This document shows positions 12,638 to 22,732 of a stretch of 64,000 nucleotides of DNA, piece by piece (within the stretch, counting starts at the first letter, position 1; each line of letters starts with the position of its first letter). Below the pieces are notes generated by a model. It was not told the origin of the DNA, searched no databases, and saw only the letters and a program-made list of their open reading frames with translations. The translations under genes and the position numbers were made by a program. Source of the stretch: Octopus sinensis (lineage: Eukaryota); assembly GCF_006345805.1 (NCBI RefSeq), contig NC_043017.1, positions 3,224,001 to 3,288,000 of the forward strand, in the 5' to 3' direction.

Positions 12638-12918
12638 ATGTCGACCTCGGCGGAATTTGAACTCAGAACGTAAAGACAGACAAAATACCTATTTCTTTAC
12701 TACCCACAAGGGGCTAAACACAGAGAGGACAAACAAGGACAGACAAACGGATTAAGTCGATTATATCGACCCCAGTGCGTAACTGGTACTTATTTAATCG
12801 ACTCCGAAAGGATGAAAGGCAAATTCGACGTCGGCGGAATTTGAACTCAGAACGTAACGGCTGACGAAATACGGCAACGCATTTCGCCCGGCGTGCTAAC
12901 GCTTCTGCCAGCTCTCCG
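12638..12918 (-). mobile_element. SINE family B (also in units 2 and 3)
   Basis: Reverse family B sequence ending GCTTCTGCCAGCTC. Confidence 0.85.
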
Positions 12919-13460
12919 TCCTTTTCTTTGTTAAGTATTGTCCCTAACTTAGGCACAAGACTTAAAGATCGGAGAAAGGGATTATTAACCGATCACAGTA
13001 GTGCAGTGTTTCACTGGTGGCAGGACAAGTAGTTCAAACATTGCTCCAGGAAATTCCAATAAAACAACATTTGAAAAGAATTGAAAATGGGAACAGTTAA
13101 AGGCGTGACCATAACAAGCTTTTGTGCCAACAACCACACTAAGTAAACAAAAATGATCGGTTAATACAAACGTGTTGATGCGTGACTAACATTAAGAGCT
13201 TAAAATTTCATAATTATGCGCAGTGCCATATATGGTTTAGAGGAATGCAGTTCGAGGGTGAGTCACTCGTAAAGCCAATTGCTTTTGAAATGCACAAGCA
13301 GTTTGACAAAGACTCGGACATTACCGTGACTTGCATGTTAACTATTGGGTAGTATGGAGGCTTTTTAAAAATGACGACATGATGTTTATAAAGGTAATTT
13401 TTACGGTTAAAAGAGATCGGGAAAATATTAATATTTTGCTTATTATATGTGGTACAAAGT

Positions 13461-13775
13461 GAAGGTGTGTGGCTTAGTGGTCAGGTTATTCGGCTCACGA
13501 TCGTCAAGATCATGAGTTCGATTCCGGGCGCGTTTTGTGTCCTTGAGTAAGACACTTTATTTTACTGTGCTCCAGTCCACTCAACTGGCAAAAATGGGTA
13601 TACTTGTATTCACAAGGGCCAGCCTTGTCACATTAAGTGTCACGCCGAATCTCCCTGAGAACTACGCTAAGGGTAGGCGTGTCTGTGGAGTCCTCAGCCA
13701 CTTGCACCTTCATTTCACGAGCAGGCTGCTCCGTTGATAGGATCGACTGGAACGCTCGTCGTCGTAACCGACTGA
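13461..13775 (+). mobile_element. SINE family D (tRNA-like head, family C-type tail; also in units 2 and 3)
   Basis: GTGGCTTAGTGG A box, GAGTTCGATTCC B box, tail CTCGTCGTCGTAACCG. Confidence 0.85.
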
Positions 13776-14235
13776 ATGCCAGTTATGTGATACACAGGAC
13801 GTGTTGCCCTGACGTCCATCCATGGCATATGATATATGTATTCCCAATTTTTTGTCAAGTCCAGAGTAACTTGGCGTTTATGAAAGGAAAGCACTGTATT
13901 ACACAGAAAATCTGGAGGAATAACCGTAACAAAACAATGGAAGTTCAGTGATGTTGAATTATATGAACAATTAAATACGATGAAGTTTCTAACACTTTGA
14001 CACACTGAAAATGTTATCTTTATGTCTCAACACACAATCTAAGAAACATGGAAGCATACGACATCCTCCATCAGTATATGCCCCTTCTGATGAAGGACCT
14101 ATGAAGAAATAAGCACTTGAAATACATAAAAATATTAAAAGTAAGATATAACCTAACTCTCTAAAAAGATTACCTTCTAGTGCCAAATAATCTACGTTTT
14201 GAGACTCAGGAGCGTTTTCCAAACCCCAAAAAGTC

Positions 14236-14390
14236 GTATGTATGTCTCCTTGTTTCTTTCTGTGTTCCCTTCTGTGGAAGAGCGTAGGCTCGAAACGTTA
14301 AATACTTTTCACTTCCCGAGCGTTATACTAATAATCTGTTTGTTGTCTACACAACCTGTCTTCGTCTTTTGTTTTTTGTGAATTCTCCCT
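14236..14390 (+). mobile_element. Short (TA)n-anchored repeat with degenerate hammerhead-like motif
   Basis: TT-CTGTGGA-A-GAGC GTAG GCTC-GAAACGTT-AAA at 14270-14302; related element reversed at 44000-44195. Confidence 0.5.
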
Positions 14391-14452
14391 ATATATATAT
14401 ATATATATTTATACACACACACTATATATATATATATATTATATATATATAT

Positions 14453-14498
<46 letters not shown>

Positions 14499-14538
14499 CA
14501 TATATATATATATATACATAATATATATATACACTGTT

Positions 14539-14844
14539 ATCACCGTGACCGACCAAGCTATCAGATGTTGCTACACATCGCTGGTCACAATGCGCCTCGC
14601 ATTGTTTTAGCCTTCAAATGACGCCACCCCGCTGGCTAAGCGAGCAGGTTAACAGAAGAAAGAGTGAGAGAAAGTTGTGGCGAAAGAGTACAGCAGAGAT
14701 CGCCACCCATCCCCTGCCGGAGCCTCGTGGAGCTTTTAGGTGTTTTCGCTCAATAAACACTCACAACGCCCGGTCTGGGAATCGAATCCGCGATGCTACG
14801 ACCGCGAGTCCGCTGCCCTAACCACTGAGCCATTGCGCCTCCAC
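14539..14844 (-). mobile_element. SINE family C2 (family C head, different tail; also in units 2 and 3)
   Basis: Head as at 1-124; tail ...CAACATCTGATAGCTTGGTCGGTCACGGTGAT. Confidence 0.85.
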
Positions 14845-14945
14845 ACATGTATGTATGAACGTATGTATATATATATATATATATATAAGAAATATTGAAT
14901 TTCTAAATCTCTCGTAGAGACATGTACGGTGGTGGGGCGATAGAA

Positions 14946-15043
14946 TGGTTGTATACTGTCAATCTAACAAGAACGTGACAGTAGGGGGTGCGGTGGTGTA
15001 CCCCCTACTGTCACGTTCTTGTTAGATTGACAGTATACAACCA
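14946..15043. repeat. Perfect 44-bp inverted repeat with 10-nt loop
   Basis: 14946-14989 is the exact reverse complement of 15000-15043; paralogs at about 21046-21146 and 26595-26704. Confidence 0.95.
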
Positions 15044-15248
15044 CTTATAATATATATATATATATACTAAGCAATAAGGGTTTAGCAACGAATTGCCTTA
15101 CCACATACCGAATTTAGAAATAGCAGTCAAAGGGTTTTAGCTATTTCTTCTACTAAAAAGGAGATCTCAGTAAAACAGCAATTGAAGGCAGACACAAACA
15201 GGTAAGAGAGAATGAATTGACAGCAATCTATCATACATTTTTAAGTTA

Positions 15249-15354
15249 TCTACGGACGTACGTTTCGAAATCAAGTTTTTAGGAAAGCATAGAATTAAAT
15301 ATTAAATATTAAATAATTCTATCTTACCGAAACTTCTTTTCTCTTCAGCGTAGA
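15249..15354 (-). ncRNA. Type I hammerhead ribozyme motif, copy 1
   Basis: Minus strand: TCTACG-CTGAAGA-[GAAA AG AAGTTT...AAACTT GA TTTC]-GAAA-CGTACG-TC-CGTAGA. Helix I TCTACG/CGTAGA; predicted GUC cleavage between 15255 and 15254. Confidence 0.85.
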
Positions 15355-15841
15355 ATACTATAATCATAAATGATTATATATTGAATTTTGAGATACTAGA
15401 AGGCATCAACTCAACTCAGTATCAGAGCGAGCTAAATCCGCAACTAGTATCACCGAATTCAATTGGTGAATGAAACGATTGTGTCACCAGCCCCTTCCCA
15501 CCCGCGTGTAGCCAAAACAAGATGCTGTGGTCATCTCATTGAGATAAAATATGGTTATCCGTAATAATGAAGGGTGAAATTAATTAATTTGGAATAATTA
15601 TCAATTACACAAGTAGTCTTCGGCATGTAAAAGCCTCATTCGAGGAAATTAAGTAATACTAAGCAATAAAGGGTTTAGCAACGAATTGCCTTACCACATA
15701 CCGAATTTAGAAATAGCAGTCAAGGGGTTTAGCTATTTCTTCTACTAAAAAGGAGATCTCAGTAAAACAGCAATTTGAAGGCAGACACAAACAGGTAAGA
15801 GAGAATGAATTGACAGCAATCTATCATACATTTTTAAGTTA

Positions 15842-15947
15842 TCTACGGACGTACGTTTCGAAATCAAGTTTTTAGGAAAGCATAAGATTAAATATTAAAT
15901 ATTAAATAATTCTATCTTACCGAAACTTCTTTTCTCTTCAGCGTAGA
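15842..15947 (-). ncRNA. Type I hammerhead ribozyme motif, copy 2
   Basis: Same core and helices as copy 1; predicted site 15848/15847. Confidence 0.85.
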
Positions 15948-16437
15948 ATACTATAATCATAATGATTATATATTGAATTTTGAGATACTAGAAGCATCAA
16001 CTCAACTCAGTCTGAGCGAGCTAGAATCCGCAACTAGTATCACCGATTCAATTTGTGAATGAAACGATTGTGTCACCAGCCCCTTCCCACCCCACCCGCG
16101 TGTAGCCAAAACAAGATGCTGTGGTCATCTATTGAGATAAAATATGGTTATCCGTAATAATGAAGGGTGAAATTAATTAATTTGGAATAATTATCAATTA
16201 CACCAAGTAGTCTTCGGCATGTAAAAGCCTCATTCGAGAAAATTTAAGTAATACTAAGCAAAGGGTTTAGCACGAATTGCCTTACCACATACCGAATTTA
16301 GAAATAGCAGTCAAAGGGTGTAGCTATTTCTTCTCTTCTACTAAAAAGGAGATCTCAGTAAAAACAGCAATTTGAAGGCAGACACAAACGGTAAGAGAGA
16401 ATGAATTGACAGCAATCTATCATACATTTTTAAGTTA

Positions 16438-16544
16438 TCTACGGACGTACGTTTCGAAATCAAGTTTTTAGGAAAGCATAAGAATTAAATATTAAATATT
16501 AAATAATTCTATCTTACCGAAACTTCTTTTCTCTTCAGCGTAGA
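16438..16544 (-). ncRNA. Type I hammerhead ribozyme motif, copy 3
   Basis: Same core and helices; predicted site 16444/16443. Confidence 0.85.
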
Positions 16545-16624
16545 ATACTATAATCATAAATGATTATATATTGAATTTTGAGATACTAGAAGGCATCAAC
16601 TCAACTCAGTATCAGAGCGAACAG

Positions 16625-16635
16625 AATAGATAGAT

Positions 16636-16672
<37 letters not shown>

Positions 16673-16675
16673 TAT

Positions 16676-16710
<35 letters not shown>

Positions 16711-16720
16711 AGAGAGAGAT
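16625..16720. repeat. (GATA)n(GA)n compound microsatellite
   Basis: Seen directly; paralogs in units 2 and 3. Confidence 0.9.
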
Positions 16721-19700
16721 TATCTCGCTACTGATAGATACATAGAAAGAGACGGAGAAATCAGTGTTTATCGCAAGAGTTGATCTGATTGGGTGCGATT
16801 ACTCATGATGTCACCGGTGCCGTTAATCCCCCTGAATCTCTGCCAGACCATCCTTGTTAATGCTTTTCGTAATTATGTTTACTCATAAATCGTAATTTCT
16901 GCATCTCTCTAATGTTGTGACGTAAACAATACGCTAAGTTTAGACTGCACTTAAAATCACTGTGTCAAAATTCATGTCAGGGCAAGCAAATATTGGGGCA
17001 AGTACCGTTGCAGTGCGTTGCTGCATTCGTCATATGTTGGTATATTGCCAGGTCCTCTATGGCGGCGAAAGTTTTGTTTTCCCACGAGAGTTCCGGACCC
17101 CAGTTATGAACTCATTTTCATACAGCCAATCAGAGCTCAACTATCAAACAAATTTATGAGCGCATAACAAATGATGGGCGATGAGGTAAGGTCACTTGTG
17201 TAAGGAATGACCATGCTTCGTTTATCTTTTAAGAATGCTTGTTCTTGTTTCAATCTAATTGCAAGGCTTTGGTCGGCCCGAAGCTATAGCAGAAGACACT
17301 TGCCCTTTGCCCTGGGTGCCACGCAGTAGGACTGAACCTTGAACCATGTGGTCGGAAGCACGCTTCTTACAACACAGCCACGCCTGCGCCTATTGGGGTA
17401 ACACTATGCGTTTGTTTTTATTTTGATTATTTTGGCACATTTTATGAAGCTCAACTTCAATGATTTTCTGAAATGCCTTGGTGGAAATAATTCTTGATGC
17501 ACAAATATTCCGCATTTTGAACTCAGACGTGACGGCAGACGAAATACCTATTTCTTTACTACCCACAAGGGGCTAACACCAGAGAGGACAAACAAGGACA
17601 GACAAACGGATTAAGTCGATTATGTCGACCCCAGTGCATAACTGGTACATATTTATCGATCCCAAAGGATGAAAGGCAAGTCGACCTCGGCGGAATTTGA
17701 ACTCAGAACGTAGCGGCAGACGATATCCGCTTATCATTTCGTCCGGCGTGCTAACGATTTTGCCAGCTCGACGCCTTGTTGACACTTTGTATTTACTGCT
17801 CTGGATGACACCAACATCAGCAACATCGTCAAACTAAACACACTCACTTACGCATCACCACCACCACCACCACCGCCGCCGCCGCCGCCGCCATCACTGT
17901 CACCACCGGCTTCCGCTACTACCACCGTCATTACTTCCAAAAACCCCACTCACCCAACATTCCTCTCTTGCCCCACCCACTGTCTCTATCACAACTGCAA
18001 CCGCAGTGACCACAATAAACTGCTCTTACGACTAAACGCTGTCTATTTTAAGACTTTGAACCTGAATGTGAAACGAGGAACATTTTAATAAAGACCTTCC
18101 TTAACATTGAAACATCGCTGCTCTTTCTTTTAAAAAATAAACAATCACTTGATTACAAGTTATGTGGTTTAGATGGTTTGAATAATCAACGAGAGAGCTT
18201 TCTACCTGCGTCGTTTGTTCAGCTAGAAATAACAGCCAAATCTCTTCCAAAACATCTTAAGAAAGTCTTTTCTTCCCAGACGTCATAACACACTCTCATA
18301 AATCCCCCCTTGATTACAAGTTACGTTACTCTTTTACTTGTTTCAGTCATTTGACTATGGCCATGTGGCTGAGCACCGCTTTTTAGTCGAGCAAATCGAC
18401 CCCAGGATTTATTCTTTGTAAGCCTAGTACTTATTCTATCGTTTTTTTTCGCCGATCCGCTAAGTTACGGGGACGTAAACACACCACATCGGTTGCCAAG
18501 CGATGTTGGGGACAAACACAGACACACAAACATAAACACACACATACACATATATATATACATACACATATACGACGGGCTTCTTTCAGTTTCCGTCTAC
18601 CAAATCCACTCACAAGGCGTTGGTCGGCCCGAAGCTATAGTAGAAGACACTTGCTCGAGGTGCCACGCAGTGAGACTGAACCCGGAACCATGTGGTTGGT
18701 AAGCAAGCTACTTACAACACAGCCACTCCGACACTCTTACAATACTAATGTCGACCTCGGCGGAATTTGAACTCAGAACGTAAAGACAGACAAAATACCT
18801 ATTTCTTTACTACCCACAAGGGGCTAAACACAGAGAGGACAAACAAGGACAGACAAACGGATTAAGTCGATTATATCGACCCCAGTGCGTAACTGGTACT
18901 TATTTAATCGACTCCGAAAGGATGAAAGGCAAATTCGACGTCGGCGGAATTTGAACTCAGAACGTAACGGCTGACGAAATACGGCAACGCATTTCGCCCG
19001 GCGTTCTAACGCTCTGCCAGCTCTCCGTCCTTTTCTTGTTAAGTATTGTCCCTAACTTAGGCACAAGACTTAAGATCGGAGAAAAGGATTATAACCGATC
19101 ACAGTAGTGCAGTGTTTCACTGGTGGCAGGACAAGTAGTTCAAACATTGCTCCAGGAAATTCCAATAAAACAACATTTGAAAAGAATTGAAAATGGGAAC
19201 AGTTAAGGCGTGACCATAACAAGCTTTTGTGCCACAACCACACTAAGTAAACAAAATGATCGGTTAATACAAACGTGTTGATGCGTGACTACATTAAGAG
19301 CTTAAAATTTCATAATTATGCGCAGTGCCATATATGGTTTAGAGGAATGCAGTTTCGAGGTGAGTCACTCGTAACCAATTGCTTTTGAAATGCACAAGCA
19401 GTTTGACAAAGACTCGGACATTACCGTGACTTGCATGTTAACTATTGGGTAGTATGGAGGCTTTTTAAAAATGACGACATGATGTTTATAAAGGTAATTT
19501 TTACGGTTAAAAGAGATCGGGAAAATATTAATATTTTGCTTATTATATGTGGTACAAAGTGAAGGTGTGTGGCTTAGTGGTCAGGGTATTCGGCTCACGA
19601 TCGTCAAGATCATGAGTTCGATTCCCGGCGGCGCGTTGTGTCCTTGAGTAAGACACTTTATTTTACTGTGCTCCAGTCCACTCAACTGGCAAAAATGGGT

Positions 19701-20548
19701 ATACTTGTAATTCACAAGGGCCAGCCTTGTCACATTAAGTGTCACGCCGAATCTCCCTGAGAACTACGCTAAGGGTAGGCGTGTCTGTGGAGTCCTCAGC
19801 CACTTGCACCTTCATTTCACGAGCAGGCTGCTCCGTTGATAGGATCGACTGGAACGCTCGTCGTCGTAACCGACTGAATGCCAGTTATGTGATACACAGG
19901 ACGTGTTGCCCTGACGTCCATCCATGGCATATGATATATGTATTCCCAATTTTTTGTCAAGTCCAGAGTAACTTGGCGTTTATGAAAGGAAAGCACTGTA
20001 TTACACAGAAAATCTGGAGGAATAACCGTAACAAACAAGGAAGTTCAGTGATGTTGAATTATATGAACAATTAAATACGATGAAGTTCTAACACTTTGAC
20101 ACACTGAAAATGTTATCTTTTATGTCTCAATCACAATCTAAGAAACATGGAAGCATACGCATCCTCCATCAGTATATGCCCCTTCTGATGAAGGACCTAT
20201 GAAGGAAATAAGCACTTGAAATACATAAAAATATTAAAAGTAAGATATAACCTAACTCTCTAAAAAGATTACCTTCTAGTGCCAAATAATCTACGTTTTG
20301 AGACTCAGGAGCGTTTTCAAACCCCCCAAAAAGTCGTATGTATGTCTCCTTGTTTCTTTCTGTGTTCCCTTCTGTGGAAGAGCGTAGGCTCGAAACGTTA
20401 AATACTTTTTCACTTCCCGAGCGTTATACTAATACATCTGTTTGTTGTCTACACAACCTGTCTTCGTCTTTTGTTTTTTGTGAATTCTCCTATATATATA
20501 TATATATAATTTATACACACACCCACTATTATATATATATATATTATA

Positions 20549-20579
<31 letters not shown>

Positions 20580-21345
20580 TATATATATATATATTATATA
20601 TATATACAATAATATATATATATAACATAATATATATTCACTTTTATCACCGTGACCGACCAAGCTATCAGATGTTGCTACACATCGCTGGTCACAATGC
20701 GCCTCGCATTGTTTAGCTTCAAATGACGCCACCCCGCTGGCTAAGCGAGCAGGTTAACAGAAGAAAGAGTGAGAAAGTTGTGGCGAAAGAGTACAGCAGA
20801 GATCGCCACCCATCCCCTGCCGGAGCCTCGTGGAGCTTTTAGGGTTTTCGCTCAATAAACACTCACAACGCCCGGTCTGGGAATCGAATCCGCGATGCTA
20901 CGACCGCGAGTCCGCTGCCCTAACCACTGAGCCATTGCGCCTCCACACATGTATGTATGAACGTATGTATATATATATATATATATAAGAAATATTGAAT
21001 TTCTAAATCTCTCGTAGAGACATGTACGGTGGTGGGGGATATAAATGGTTGTATACTGTCAATCTAACAAGAACGTGACAGTAGGGGGTGCGGTGGTGTA
21101 CCCCCTACTGTCACGTTCTTGTTAGATTGACAGTATACCCCATTCTATATATATATATATATATACTAAGCAATAAAGGGTTGCAACGAATTGCCTTACC
21201 ACATACCGAATTTAGAAATAGCAGTCAAAGGGTTTTAGCTATTTCTTCTACTAAAAAGGAGAGCTCAGTAAAAACAGCAATTTGAAGGCAGACACAAACA
21301 GTAAGAGAGAATGAATTGACAGCAATTATCATACATTTTAAGTTA

Positions 21346-21452
21346 TCTACGGACGTACGTTTCGAAATCAAGTTTTTAGGAAAGCATAAGAATTAAATAT
21401 TAAATATTAAATAATTCTATCTTACCGAAACTTCTTTTCTCTTCAGCGTAGA
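21346..21452 (-). ncRNA. Type I hammerhead ribozyme motif, copy 4
   Basis: Same core and helices as copy 1. Confidence 0.85.
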
Positions 21453-21935
21453 ATACTATAATCATAAATGATTATATATTGAATTTTGAGATACTAGAAG
21501 CATCAACTCAACTCAGTATCTGAGCGAGCTAGAATCCGCAACTAGTATCACCGAATTCAATTGTGAATGAAACGATTGTGTCACCCACCTTCCCACCCGC
21601 GTGTAGCCAAAACAAGATGCTGTGGTCATCTATTGAGATAAAATATGGTTATCCGTAATAATGAAGGTGAAATTAATTAATTTGGAATAATTATCAATTA
21701 CACCAAGTAGTCTTCGGCATGTAAAAGCCTCATTCGAGGAAAATTAAGTAATACTAAGCAATAAAGGTTTAGCAACGAATTGCCTTACCACATACCGAAT
21801 TTAGAAATAGCAGTCAAAGGTTTTAGCTATTTCTTCTACTAAAAAGGAGATCTCAGTAAAAACAGCAATTTGAAGGCAGACACAAACAGGTAGAGAGAAT
21901 GAATTGACAGCAATCTATCATACATTTTTAAGTTA

Positions 21936-22038
21936 TCTACGGACGTACGTTTCGAAATCAAGTTTTTAGGAAAGCATAAGAATTAAATATAAATATTAAT
22001 AATTCTATCTTACCGAAACTTCTTTTCTTCAGCGTAGA
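21936..22038 (-). ncRNA. Type I hammerhead ribozyme motif, copy 5 (2-bp loss at base of helix II)
   Basis: Plus strand reads TCTTTTCTTCAG instead of TCTTTTCTCTTCAG; may be a sequencing error. Confidence 0.7.
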
Positions 22039-22161
22039 ATACTATAATCATAAATGATTATATATTGAATTTTGAGATACTAGAAGGCATCAACTCAACT
22101 CAGTATCAGAGCGAACAGAATAGATAGATAGAAAGATAGATAGATAGATAGATAGATATAT

Positions 22162-22204
<43 letters not shown>

Positions 22205-22732
22205 TTATCTCGCTACTGATAGATACATAGAAAGAGACGGAGAAATCAGTGTTTATCGCAAGAGTTGATCTGATTGGGTGCGATTACTCATGATGTCACC
22301 GGTGCCGTTAATCCCCCTGAATCTCTGCCAGACCATCCTTGTTAATGCTTTTCGTAATTATGTTTACTCATAAATCGTAATTTCTGCATCTCTCTAATGT
22401 TGTGACGTAAACAATACGCTAAGTTAAGACTGCACTTAAAATCACTGTGTCAAAATTCATGTCAGGGCAAGCAAATATTGGGGGCAGTACCGTTGCAGTG
22501 CGTTGCTGCATTCGTCATATGTTGGTTATTTGCCAGGTCCTCTATGGCGGCGAAAGTTTTGTTTTCCCACGAGAGTTCCGGACCCCAGTTATGAACTTTT
22601 TCATACAGCCAATCAGAGCTCAACTATCAACAAATTATGAGCGCATAACAAATGATGGGCGATGAGGTAAGGTCACTTGTGTAAGGAATGACCATGCTTC
22701 GTTTATCTTTTAAGAATGCTTGTTCTTGTTTC

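Larger units (their letters stand above)
15065..16620 (-). mobile_element. Tandem array (~2.6 x ~593 bp) of a hammerhead-bearing non-coding repeat; candidate retrozyme or non-autonomous Penelope-like element
   Basis: Monomers start TACTAAGCAA at 15065, 15657 and 16252 (last partial, 369 bp). Each has a type I hammerhead motif on the minus strand. No substantial ORF. Confidence 0.8.
11127..17251 (+). repeat. Tandem segmental repeat, unit 1 (6125 bp)
   Basis: Starts AATCTAATTGCAAGG, which recurs at 17252 and 22733; ends TTGTTCTTGTTTC. Confidence 0.95.
21164..22114 (-). mobile_element. Hammerhead-repeat array in unit 2 (~1.6 copies)
   Basis: Monomer starts at 21164 and 21752; same right junction GAGCGA|ACAGAATAG as in unit 1. 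Confidence 0.8.
17252..22732 (+). repeat. Tandem segmental repeat, unit 2 (5481 bp)
   Basis: Collinear with unit 1; one fewer hammerhead monomer; many 1-bp indels. Confidence 0.95.

Noticed and set aside
13461-13540. tRNA genes at SINE heads (also 1-124, 29128, 33477)
   Set aside because: A and B boxes are present but there is no complete cloverleaf, and they continue into SINE bodies.
13637-14005. Overlapping ~100-aa ORFs repeated in each unit
   Set aside because: They begin inside SINE D, and their recurrence reflects the triplication rather than selection.
14087-14140. CTGATGA followed later by GAAA as a hammerhead
   Set aside because: No convincing helix I, II or III can be drawn. The nearby RHPP..APSD peptide only weakly recalls mariner.
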